This document shows positions 14,111 to 26,695 of a DNA stretch of 64,000 nucleotides, piece after piece. Under the pieces are notes generated by a model. The model saw only the letters and a program-made list of their open reading frames with translations, had not been told where the DNA came from and made no database searches. Where the stretch lies: assembly GCF_036321535.1 (NCBI RefSeq), contig NC_087437.1, positions 44,146,001 to 44,210,000 on the forward strand, written 5' to 3'. Positions within the stretch are counted from its first letter, which is position 1. Each line of letters begins with the position of its first letter. Source of the DNA: Camelus dromedarius. Taxonomy: Eukaryota. The position numbers and the translations under genes were made by a program.

Positions 14111-15842
14111 CTTTCCCATCTTTTTGTTTGTTATTTACTTGTTTATTATGTTGTCTATTGTGCATGGTTTATTTTCTGCCTGTCTAATTTGTTCTCAGTG
14201 AGGGCAGAGCCTTGGTCTGCTTTATTGCTGATACATCCCTCAAGCTCCTAGAATAATCGTTGGCCTATGGTAGGTGCTCAGTAAATATTTGAGCACTTCC
14301 TCGTGTTTCTTGCCTCAGGAATGTTCCTCAGGAAATCTGGGTCAGAGAAGAATGTACAAAAAAATAAGAGAGAAAAATAAGATTTCAAAAAAATATAAAA
14401 GGGAAAATCAAGTTTAATATATCTTTCAGATCTATTGTCACATCTTATTTCAGATATGCCAGATTTGATGGGGGAAGGCCTTTGGTGAATGAGCATATAC
14501 ACATTAAATAATACAATTATTTAATCATTTATACTTATCTAGAATGCCTGTACAGTGATAGATTTTAGGCATAAGAACAATATTTGGTTCTTTTTTCCAT
14601 AAAGCTTTAATAGTTTATTGGAAATAATTCAGAAAACTGTCTTCTCCTTGGATTTAAGATGATATAAAACACATGATATCCCACCTATATTTCTGAATTT
14701 TCAAATATTATAATATGCCACTGACTTTCATAACACAATTTCTTTCTTTATGTCTCTGTGAGGGGGTGGTTTTTAATAAGAATGCAAAAGTATACAGACA
14801 CTGTAGAGAACTTTAAAAATAGGTTTTGGTTACTGATTATAAGGAGTTTAGAGATTTTTGTCTTTGAGTAACAGTATGCCCATGAAACAATTATAAAAAA
14901 TGGCACAAAATAATTACCTTGGTATGGGGTGACCTTATATATTCTAAATATTTGATAATAACCTAGGGGTCCAATTGAGGATGACCAACTATCAATTTTT
15001 GATGGGATAGCCATATTCTCCTGGTGCCAGAATCTACTTTAATGATTGGAAATACAAATGCACATTTGAAAGATACATTAATTTTTTCCATATATCCGGA
15101 GGACTGTTTAGAAAGGATGAATGCTTCTGGATGATGCTGATAATAATCAAATTGAGTGGTGCAAATCCTGTATTTCAGATGTAAGTCCCAGTTGAACTCC
15201 AGCTGACATGGAATGATGTCCATTCTCTTCCCCTTCTGTATTATCATTCCATTTCCACTGGGTCCTTTGGCAATGTCTTTAAAAACTACTTCACTTCTTC
15301 TCCCTTCCTTTCACAGGTAAGCAAACAAATAAGCCCACCAACCAAATAAGCAACAGATGCACAAACATTTTTGAACTGGACCACCTCTCTATTGATCAAA
15401 CTATACCTCTGTCTTCAATTAGTTGCAAAACCCTGATCCTGTAGCTTATAAAAGAGCTTCCATTTTCACATATGCTCTTACCCTGAGCCCTCTACAGCCT
15501 GATTTCTACTGCTGCTAATATTTTGATAATGACCTAGGAAAGGTCACTAATTTTAAGACTGAAGGTTTGCTTCGAACATCTTTCTGTTTGGCTGCTCAAC
15601 AACACTGAGCACTATAAATGCCCAATTAATTACATGTGATTTAGATGGTCTGGGTTAATCTTGTGATTAATGTCATCATCACTTAACTAAATACTAAAAG
15701 GTTGCTTCTTGAACATATATGATTATTGTTTATATAAACTGAAGTGATTAATATCTTTATTGATAGGCTAACATATACATTCCTCAAATGTACTCTGGTC
15801 ATTTATTTTTTGAGCTTAAGTTAAAGGAGAAAAATGGCTTCC

Positions 15843-16460
15843 ACATTCATCCGTTCAAATATTTTTGAGCACCTTTTATTGTTCGAGGTGTAGATACAGG
15901 GGTGAGCAATATGTTTCTTCTCTCATAGAGCTTGCATTTTAATGGAGGGAGACAGACAATGAACGAAGCTACACAAGCATGAGATTATATCAGCTGGTGA
16001 TCAATATTAAGAGGAAAATATAACAGGGTCATAGGACAGAGAGGGAGATTACAGCAGTCTAACCTCTTTGGATAGTATTGTCAGGTGGATCTCTTGGAAG
16101 ATTTAGTATTTGACCTAAGCCCTAAATGATGGAAAGAAACCAGCAATGTGAAGATCATGGGAAAAAGTGTTTCTAGCAGGAAAAATTGCAAGAACTAAGA
16201 TTCTTAAACTTTTGAGAAAGAAAGAAAAGAATGGCAGGGAGTCCGGAATGTTGTGAACAAGGACAAAAGAGTTATGAGACAATGTGGTGAAGAGCGGGCA
16301 GTGGCCTAGTCACAGAGGGCTTCGCAGCCTCAGACGTTTGGACTGGATCCTCAGTACGACAGGAAGTCGTTAAAAGGTTTAAAGAGTGAAGCAGTGACAC
16401 GCGCTGATGCGTGTTTTGAGAAGATGACTCCAGCTTTGTGTAGAGAACAGGGAAAAAAGG
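15843..16460 (-). mobile_element. L2 3' portion
   Basis: Starts with the antisense L2 tail (cattcatccgttcaaatatttttgagcacc) followed by typical antisense L2 motifs. Confidence 0.85.
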
Positions 16461-16895
16461 CAGTTCTTTTTTTCCCCCCAAAAAGTTTGTCATGTTTGCC
16501 GTTGGAAATGTAACACGTTGGAAAGCACAGTGACAGGCTTTCGTCTGTATCAGTCATTGAGATTTAGTCTTTTGCACTTGGCTTATTGCTTGGTAAGCAT
16601 TTACTAAATAGAACTAATGATCTATAAATGCAACATAGAACTGGCTTTTTTTAAAAAAAGAATTTGTGCCCTGAACAAATGCAGGACCAAATAGTTTTTA
16701 AATTAAATGATGTTTCATTTCTCAGATTATAGATTCACCTTTGTAAAAAAGCACACAAAAATAAATTTAAATGGTTATTATAAATAATTTTTATCCAATC
16801 CCTCAAATATTTGAGTGCTCATCACGTGTTACATACTTTGTGGCAAATTGCAAACATTAATCAGATAGAAATAGTCCCTTTAAAAAGCTTGTATT

Positions 16896-17556
16896 AATGG
16901 CCAACAGGCACATATAAAGATGTTCAGCTTCGTTAATTATTAGAGAAATGCAAATTGGAATCACAATGAAGTGTCACCTTACAATGGTCAGAATGACCAT
17001 CATCAAAAAGTCGACAAATAACAAATGCTGGAGAAAGCATGGAGAAAAGTAAACCCTCCTACACTGTTGGTGGGAATGTAAATTGGTGCAGCTACTATGG
17101 AGAACAGTATGGGGATTCCTTAAAGAACTAAAAATAGTTATGTATGATCCAGCAGTCCCACTCCTGGGCATATAGGTGGAGAAAACTCTAACTGGAAAAT
17201 ATACATGCACCCCAATGTTCATAGCAGAATTATTTACAATAGCCAAAACATGGAAGCAACTTAAATGCCCATCGATAGATGAATGGATAAAGAAGATGTG
17301 GTATATATACATAATGAAATATTACTCTCCATAAAAAAGTAAAATAATGCTATTTGCAGCAAGATGGATGACCTAGATATTGTCAAACTAAGTGCAGTGA
17401 GTCAGACAGAGAAAAACAAATTCATAAGATATCACTTCTATGTTGAATCTAAAAAAGTGTTACAAGGGAACTTATTTACAAAACAGAAGTAGATTCACAG
17501 ACTTAGAAGACAAACTTATGGTTATCAAAGGGGAAAGTGGGGAGGGGAAAAAAGAG
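16896..17556 (+). mobile_element. LINE-1 ORF2 C-terminus and partial 3'UTR, truncated at both ends, with TSD
   Basis: Clear L1 ORF2-end sequence (ggccaacaggcaca...gatccagcagtcccactcctgggcatata...gaatggataaagaagatgtgg). GCTTGTATTAA is repeated at 16887-16897 and 17557-17567. Confidence 0.9.
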
Positions 17557-17699
17557 GCTTGTATTAAACTCAAAGTCTCAAAAAAAGATCAATGTGTTTT
17601 TGTGACTGATAAATTTTATTTATTTGTATCAGTATGAACAATCTAGTTAGATAGTCATAAAACTTTGCATTGAATTATATTTAAAGACGTGGAACATTT

Positions 17700-19100
17700 C
17701 AAGTTTTTGTAGTTTTGTTCTATGCTCCTGTTGGTACTTCATTGACAAGTTCAGTTCTAAGTGAGAACCTAGACTTTCTTTCCCTCAATTTACTTGATCT
17801 CGTTTATTTTATTTTGCAACAAAATGTGATAATATTTATTTTCCTCTTCCTATATTTCACTTATTTGCAGTTACTTTTCTACACACTTTTTATGTTTGGA
17901 ATTATAAAAGACTTAAAGGATCATCTCAGCTGCAATTTTGCCATGTCCTATGATCATTGTCATTTTCTATATTGAATGCATTGATTATTTCCTAGCCAAG
18001 TAAAAATTTTAGTATCCTTCACTTCTCATATTACTTTCATTTTTTATTCATGTAGTCTTGATTGTTAAATTCATTTTATTTTATTAAATTATTATTTTTC
18101 ATATTTATATGTATTCTTTCAAGACATTTTTGAGATTTGCTTAGGATTTCTAACTAACAATAATCATCTGCATTTTGTTCTATGTCATTCCAATATCAAG
18201 CAATTTATATTTATATCATGATGGTAATTTTCTTGGTTTCATTTTTTCATCTCCCAAGTAGCTAGAGAATAGCTTTAGGTAGCTGTCCTGAACAGAAATG
18301 TATTTAACACCTCTTGTACATATTACAAATACACACTGTTGCCTTCACACACAAATACTCTGACTGGGTAATAAAACTTTTTCTCCAAAAAACCTTGAAG
18401 ACAATGCTCAGTTGCTTTGTGGTTTTTAGTAGCACATAAATAAAATTTGAGTTAAGCTCTCTTTTTGTTTCAAGCATAGATAATTGGAGAGATTTTGAAA
18501 TTCGAGAAATTGCCTATGACGTTTCTAGTTGTTACTCTCTTGTTTCATTTTGGGGAGAACTCGGACACTTAAATCTATATACTCAGGTATTTCTTAAATT
18601 TGGAGAGGTTGATTTCATTGATTTTTTTTCCTTTTTCATCATTCTTCTGGAATTTCTATTGTAAGTAGATTTCATCTTCTTGGATGCCTTCCAGATCTCT
18701 GATCAGTTCTTTACATTGTTGTTCTGTATTGTTTTTCCTGTGAGTTCTGGGAGAATGTCCTCAGTTTGTCTTCTGATTCACTTCTTTTATTTCTACAGTA
18801 TCCAGTCTGTTATTCATGGCCTGTGTTCCAATTTTAAATTTGAAAAGCATATTTTTATCCCAAGCAATTAATTATCCTGATTATGTATTTTTCCATTTGT
18901 ATTCCACTTATTTTCTTTGATGCAATATTCTCTTAAATCTTACTTTAACTGTGAATGAGAATTTTATCAGTTTTTTCTCTGATTTTTTGATATAAATGCT
19001 TCAGATCCATCCAGTAGCTCTGATCCAGCAGCTGTTCCCTTGCTGTCTCTTCCACCGTAGACTTTTCTCCAACATCTGAGTTTTGTCAGTAAGTTTGGTC
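17700..19100 (-). mobile_element. Ancient L1M fragment(s)
   Basis: T-rich antisense L1-like sequence; boundaries and subfamily uncertain. Confidence 0.55.
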
Positions 19101-22100
19101 AAAGATTGGAGTGTTACCTACTTAACACTGCATTTTTAAGTTCCAACAATGTAGAAAATGGGTATGGAGTTACATCTGTGGGCAAACTCAGAAGTATGTT
19201 TTCCTTTTATATTGTTTTCGTCTGACTCAGACAGATTTCCTGTGATGTTCTTCCTTCAAATTATGACGAGTTTACCATGTTAGAGACAAAAGCAGCAGTG
19301 CCGGGTGCTTCTGTCATACAGTCCACGGCATGTTGACTGCATTGTGGCATGTTGCCAGCCCTATGCAGTTTTTGCATGCTGTAGCCACTCGCATTTGAAG
19401 TGATCTTTGATACTTCCCTGAATTGAAGCCTCCAAATAGAGCCAGTCAGTCAGCAGCAGTGAAGAAATAGTCCATTTATATAGGGTCTGCATAGTTCAAG
19501 CTCTGTCTATTCTCACCTCCAATGTCTTTGAGTGAAGGGCTTTTTTGTGGGAATCCACTAGAAGCTATTCCACTTATATTTTAGGCAGAATAATTTTACT
19601 CAGTGCTCAAAAGATTGACCCTTAGTGACTTCTTTAGCCCAGCTGCATGAATGTTGAAAGGCTTTGATATTTCCGGCTTGGGAATAGCACCATTTTTTGG
19701 CTTTGAGCCTACACAAAAAGTTTCTTTTATTCTTAAAAACCAGCATCCATTTTTAATGGGCATATGGGGCAGGGAAGAGTAGACACCTGTGCAAATACAT
19801 CAACATCTGGAAGTCTCAATTTGAGTTAATTTTTAGCAATATAAACACTCATTTTCAAATTAAAAATCTGGCAAGAGGCACAATAGTCCAAGGTAATATG
19901 TTTGGATTAAAATGACCATAGAATCCAATTAAGATATTGAAGCAGTACAGTGAAGTCTAGGGATTATTGTTTCTTAATGTTTGGAAATAATTTCATAAAA
20001 CCTAGCTGCATTATGCTTTTCTTCTCTTCTGAAGAGTATTTTAATATTTAAATGATACCAAATATTAAGGAAATGGTGATGTTTAAAAATGTATTAACTG
20101 TGACCTTCTATTCTTCAACAAGTAACTTCAGGCAAGAGTCACTAATGTTACAGGCATTGCGCATGAAGATGCACACCCACAGAGCTTGGTGGTGAGGTTA
20201 ATGAGTTTAAAATGAATCATTTAGGAACTTGGTTGATTTCATTTTGCCCATCAGGGCCCTATACTATTTGCTGAATTATTGAAATCATGGTAGGAATTTT
20301 TCATTTTATGGACTATGATGATTATAAAGTATATTTTAGCTCTTATTTCACAGAACTAATTTTACTGTCATTGATATTTTATCGTTAAGTAAGCTCACTG
20401 GATTTAAATTCAAAAGCATAGTATTATGGAATAATACCAATCAGATTGATTTTTGAGGATCTAGTTCAGGCTGGATCAAAAAAATGATAGGGTGAAAAAG
20501 AGTAGATAGATAAAAAAGGAAATCGTTCAATCATTATAGTAAAAGTAAGCTACTGTTTCATTGAGTGCATTAGTCTTCAGTTCAAATAGCAGCCTTCAAG
20601 AAGCAGACTTCATTCCACGTTAATCAAATACTTTGCTTCCTTGCTTCTTTTGGAGTTACTTATCTGTAGTTTTTATTGTAGCTAATATTACCAATTTATA
20701 TAAAACTATGGACTTGCTTCTCTTAGGATGTGATCCTAAGAGAGAACCTTGCATTTGAAGAATCTGAAATAGTGACCCATATCATTTAGGGCATTTATTT
20801 TATCAAGCTTACCAATCTTGCTCTGAACATTTGTATTCTGTGCGTATGTTCCATTGTCTAGCAGTAACTAGCATAAATATGTAATTATATGGTTTGTTTT
20901 GTTGTAATAGATTTCAAAATACTCTATTATTATGGTGCTGTTTGAATAGTGTTTACTGTATCAACATAAACTTATAAATTGAGTCAAATTACTTGCTTGG
21001 TTAACTGCAAACCACAAGTTATTACAATGTTATCAGTTTCAAAATGTTGCGTGACAGTAAAAGCATTTGATTCCCTTTGTTCAGACTTGAACCTCAAAAA
21101 ATTTGTAATTATTTCCTATAATATATTAGGCACAACTTTCAGAGAAACAGTAGCTATATTCTATAGCATTATGCAAGGGCCCCATGTAACTATTTAAATA
21201 TGCTTTGTAATTCTCATAGTGACTTGTGGCTTACTTATAGTTGGTAACTTCTGTCAAACTGTAAAGTATGTTTTCCCTTTGCCTAAACCTCTGACTCTTC
21301 CAACATACACAAAGCTAAATTTACCATTAGAAAATTTCTGATATTTCTATTAAAATTTAGCCTTCCTCATGATGTTTCTTTACTTCGAGTTTTCAATCAG
21401 TACTTTAAACTGCTGTTAGTCTGTTAGGCCATAAAATTGCTTATAAACCTTGCTGTTTGATAATCTCTTTTAACTGCTTCTTTTTTCTTCTTCAGCGTTT
21501 TAAATTAAGACAAACAAAAGGATGTGGGATTTACATCTAGCGTCCTCTAGCCTTCTGACTGTACCACCTGCCTTTAGTTTCCTGCCTCCTCTCCGGCTGG
21601 CCGCCGTTGTCTGCCCGGTGTGTGCCCTTATTTCTCTCCTCCTCCATCCTTGCTTCTCTGCTCTAGTGACTGAAAAGGGCAAACCTAAAATCAGATCCAA
21701 CATTCAGAGCCAGGTGACACAGATGATATCTTATAATCCATGCATTAAAAAAACATTGCATTAATATTTGACAAGACATGACTGAATTACCTTATGTTTC
21801 TATGGAAGAAAAAAAGAAAGCTTCTAGGAATTCAGCTGATTCTTTTAATTGTTTCTCTGATCTTACAATTCTCTTCCTCTTGTATACCTGTATTTAACTA
21901 AGATCAACATCCATGTGATTATATGAGAAGTGTCTGTCAAATGGGTTAAAGGACATTCTTCTTAATGCTAAAACAGCTGTGAAGGAAGTTTCTTTTCAGT
22001 TTACAAAAGCAAGTCTCTCTGGGGACTGGCAGCTTAGGTGTCCGTGTGTGATATTTTCCCCTTAATGTTTATGAAAAGAAGTGCATAGAGAGAAGTTCAC

Positions 22101-23149
22101 TGCACCATTCTCCATGAGTCCAGTCCATGGTTTCATCTTGCAGGTGAGCTAGAGGTCATGAATGTCCCTAAGATGTTATCTGTATCAATACTCTGTAAAA
22201 CATTCTCTATAACAACTAAGACAATGACTTTAACATTTGATCAGAGTAGTAGTGAAACAGAAGATATAAAGGAGCAAAGAAAAATAATTCTTCTTCACTG
22301 TTAGACATTCCTTAGTTGAAATTCAATCCATTTAGGTATGAAGGGCAGGGTAAATTTGTAATGAGGAATCTCATACCACTTATTTGTTGAGTGGTAGGAG
22401 TTAATGAACTGCTATTACATGGCTCCAGGGGATAAGGAAGTAAATAGACATTGTTATCATCCTGGATGAGTTCAGACTCTAGTGTCAAAGGCATGCAAAT
22501 AATATTAGCATAGAAGGTGGCTGCATGAAACAAGTTTTTGATTGGGGAAGCTAAAGAAATAACTATTGAGGTAGATTTTAAAGAGAAAAAAAGGACAGAA
22601 AGTACAGAAAATGTAGAAAGAACATTTCAGAATGAAGGCATTATGTGAATAAAAGGAGAGAAATGTGGAAAACTACAGTGGTTAAGGGAACTACTCAGAT
22701 TGACTCCAACTAAATTTCCTGAGAAGGAGTGGCTAAGAAGAGGCCAAACCAAAGTTGTGAAAAACTTTATTTGCGACCAATTCCTTGCTTGAATGTACAT
22801 AGTATAGATAGTGTTTGCTTATACATAATTTGGCAAGTTACATGTGGGTATGTATCAACTAACTCCTTCTTTATCTTGATTCTATGAACAGTAATCACTA
22901 AGTAAATATAAAATGAGAGAAACAATCATTTAATGATCGATATCTTTATATGTAGAAATCAATCACTTGGGGAATTCAGATATTCAAAATGTGTTTTCTG
23001 ACCATTATTTAATTATAATATCTGTGAGCCATACTGACAGGAAACAAGAAATTTATTTTTCTATTATCACAGGAAAAAGTCTCTTTTAAATGTAGATATT
23101 AAACTGCTGGGGAAATACTAATAAATAGAAACTAGAAATACTGAAATTC

Positions 23150-25570
23150 AATTCTGTGACACCACCAAACAGAGTTTTACCCAGAAATGCAAGAGTAGCT
23201 TCAGTATAAATAAGTCTTACAATGCAATATTTCACTTGTTGGAAAGAAATGCTAATGTTAATAATCATTTCTAATAAAGTTGAGAATAGTGAAATAATTT
23301 TTTCATATTAAGACACACACTAAAACCTTAGCCAACATTAAAACATGCAAATGGCAAAAGCTAAAATAAACTAAGATGCCCATTATCACTATACATAATA
23401 AAAATAGTTTTATAGATTTTATTAAGAAAATAAGATATGGAAGATAAATGAATATATATTGAAAGAAAAGAGACAAAAGTATGATTATTTGCATATAACA
23501 TAATTTTTTCCTAGAAAGTCTGAAGGTATATGCTTAAGTAGCCAGAAAAGAACAACATCAACAAAATTAAAATTCAGAACCATTTGTATGTTCCTGTGAT
23601 CTTTATGTTAAAAGTTCTATTTAAAAAAAAAAAAAACAAAAAGCTAACAATTTAGAAATAAACTTAGCAAGATATGTACAGGTCTTTTAAATAAAAGTTT
23701 AAAAATTAGTTTTATATATTTAATTTCAATAAAAATGTCAATAGTTATTTAGTTTGGGTAAAAAAAAAAAGAAAACAGCAGACAGGACTGTTAAAGAAAA
23801 TACTAAGGGAAAAAATTATATTGAGGTCAGAACTAGTTCTATCAGATATTAATGCATTTACAAAGCACCAACTATTAAAATACTATGTTACAAGCACAAC
23901 AACAAACTAGTAGAATTTAATAAACTACCCAGAATCAGATGGTATCATAGATAACGGACAAAACTAAAACTGCAAAATTGGTTAGCTATTTTGGGATTGC
24001 AATTTTAATTTATAGATTATCAAAATAATTTCAGATTAATTAAGGGGATAAACATTGTTGATCTGTAAGACATAGAATTTAAAATAGAAATAAAATAGCA
24101 TATTTGCCTATCAAATTAGCAAATAAATGTAATACACCAGTGACAGGGTAAATGAAACAGGCATACATTTCTAGAAGTAATGTAAATTCATATAAACAAT
24201 TTGGGAGGCAGTTTCACAATGTACATCAAAAACCTTAAAATTGTATGTTAATATTAACCTGTAATGTCTAATGATCTAACAAAAGATCCTATTCAGAAAT
24301 ATACTTTAATATACAGGATAGTATTATTTTTATACCATAGAATTATCTGTAATATAATCTAAATATTGTATACTATATGCTTTCAAATAAGTTAAAAATC
24401 TTTGGAAATAAGTTGAAAGAAATATGACTAAATCTTATCAGAGATCACATCTGTGATGGAATCTTTGGCTTTTTTAATTGCATAAATTTTTGTATGTGTA
24501 TAAACCTTTTTTTTACAATGACTACATGTTGCTTTTAAAATAGAGAAAATTTTACCCAAACTATAAGAAAATTAAAATACAATAAAAATGGACTTTGAAA
24601 TTATGGAGGGGGAAGGGTGGCTGAAGAAATGCACAGTTAAGCTAGAAATAATATAACAAGTCACTAGCAAAAAAAAAACTAAAGACAAAAGAAAATTTGA
24701 ATTCTTAAAATATAAAAAAAGATAATCAAATGACTAAAAAATTTAATGTATGTAACAGTAAGTTTAATATATGTGAGATATTAACCTTTTCTCTTAAAAT
24801 AGTAGTGAAAAATGTAGTAAATGCCCCAATCAAGCACTATACAAAGGCCATGAACAGACAAATCACAGAGGGAAGATATAGGGAGTGAAAAGAGCATATG
24901 ACTGTCTTCAGCCTGGTTGGTAATCAAACAAATATAAATCAGAGCAGCAAAAAAGTGTCATTTTTCATACTTTTAAGTGAGCAAAAAATGTAAAACCCAG
25001 TGCTGGCCGGAGTATCTGGGCATACATTGCTGATGAAGTAAAACCAGGACGGTCTTTTGCTAGCAATTTGGAAACCACATTGATGACTTAAAAATCTGCA
25101 CTTTTTGAGTCAGTAATTCTACTTCTGGGAATCCTAATATAACATCCTTAAGGTATTATGAAACTTCATAAATACATATTCATTGTCCTGTTACATATTA
25201 GAGTGAAAACATGAAGAAGTTAATGGATCATTCGGTCAGAATTGATTCCCTTTTTACTTGCTGGAATATTATTTAATTATTAAAGTGTCCAAGAAAGAAT
25301 TAAATAAACACGCACATACGCCTATACACACACATTCGTATATACGTACGCATTCACATACATTGATAATTATAAATACATAGGTACATATGTGATTATG
25401 TTAAGTGTAAACATCAGGATTTAATAAGGGTATTTATACCCACATTTGTGTGGAAATTTTACATGAAAAAAATTAGGAGGAACTACGTTTGAAAGTAGTA
25501 TTTCTTATGTACGCAAAATGCAATTAGAGGACATTTCTAATTTTTTTCCAAAATGTTGTAATCTGGTTAT
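23150..25570 (+). mobile_element. Ancient L1ME-like ORF2/3' fragments
   Basis: A-rich, with degenerate L1 motifs (ttatttgcatataacataattttttcctagaaa, gaaataaacttagcaagatatgtacag, gtaattctacttctgggaat). Confidence 0.7.
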
Positions 25571-26479
25571 ACTCTAATTTTTAGATAAATTTAATAAGGA
25601 AGGATGGAAGGAAGGGAAATCATGTTTTTCTCCAGTAAAATTAACTTTTATTGGATTAAGTGAATTTAAAATGCCACACTAAAGAATAGTTTGAAGGTGA
25701 AGACAGTTGTCTATGATAGTTAATATTGCTCTAAAAAGCAACATTAAAATTACTACTATTATTTTATCATGTAAAAAGACAGTTCTGTTTCTATGTGTTT
25801 TTTTCCCTTTTAATTTCTAATCGAGGTCCCTTCATATGGTGTAGCAGCAGATGTCAAAGCTTAAAAATATACAGGTATCAGGGATATCAAAGAACTACTT
25901 AAAAACAAAGAAAATAGGTTACTTGGCAATTATTCCAAACCATTCTATTTCCTTTAGCTTCTGGCACTTTCTGGAATTGTAAGTCTAACAATCTACCCTA
26001 GCTTTCCATTTCTAAACATATCCTCTCAATGAGTTAAGCTTCTGTGACAGCTGCCTAAATCTATGGTCCTTGAGCTTATATGAATTAGCACCAAAATTTG
26101 TTTATAATTCTGGTGTAAAATGAGATTATATACTTAAAATTTAATATGAGGCTTTTTCACTTGCCAATATCCTTCAGTTTCCTAAAATCAAAATTACAGG
26201 CTGTCTTACGGTCCAAGCCCATGTCTAAAAATTGTCCTGTGAGTCTCACAGGAGGGGAGTAGATTTTGTGATATTTGAAGGAAAATATGTCACGTACAGT
26301 TAAAATTAGCATTTTGAAAACTTGAGCAAATTTCAAAAGCAGTTTGAAAAGCATACTACCACGTTTTGAAAGATTAATATTATTTGCCCAGTGAACACTT
26401 AGGGTGGTTCTAGGTTGACATATATACACTTTCTCTATATGTATAGATACAGTTTTAGTTATAGATGTAGATATATACC

Positions 26480-26695
26480 ACATCCTCTACTTGTAATTAT
26501 CAGTTTATAACCCTGGGCAAATCACTTAAAGTCCGTATCTCTCAGCTTTCTCATCTGTAAATTGGGAATAATAATAATATCTACTTGTATTATATTAGGA
26601 GCATTTAATGAGATAATACACATAAAGTGCTTAGAAGAGTTTTTGGCAAATAAAAGGGCTATGTAAATGTTAGCTATTATTATCATTGTTATTTT
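26480..26695 (+). mobile_element. MIR SINE
   Basis: ctgggcaaatcacttaa...ctcagctttctcatctgtaaattgggaataataata...aaatgttagctattatt. Confidence 0.9.

Larger units (their letters stand above)
11900..14295 (+). mobile_element. L2 LINE interrupted by nested younger elements
   Basis: Pyrimidine-rich L2 ORF2-like body at 11.9-12.96 kb resumes after 13780 and ends in an L2 tail (gtaggtgctcagtaaatatttg) at ~14290. Confidence 0.8.

Noticed and set aside
16974..17312. 112-aa minus ORF
   Set aside because: Antisense reading of the L1 ORF2 end, a common artefact.
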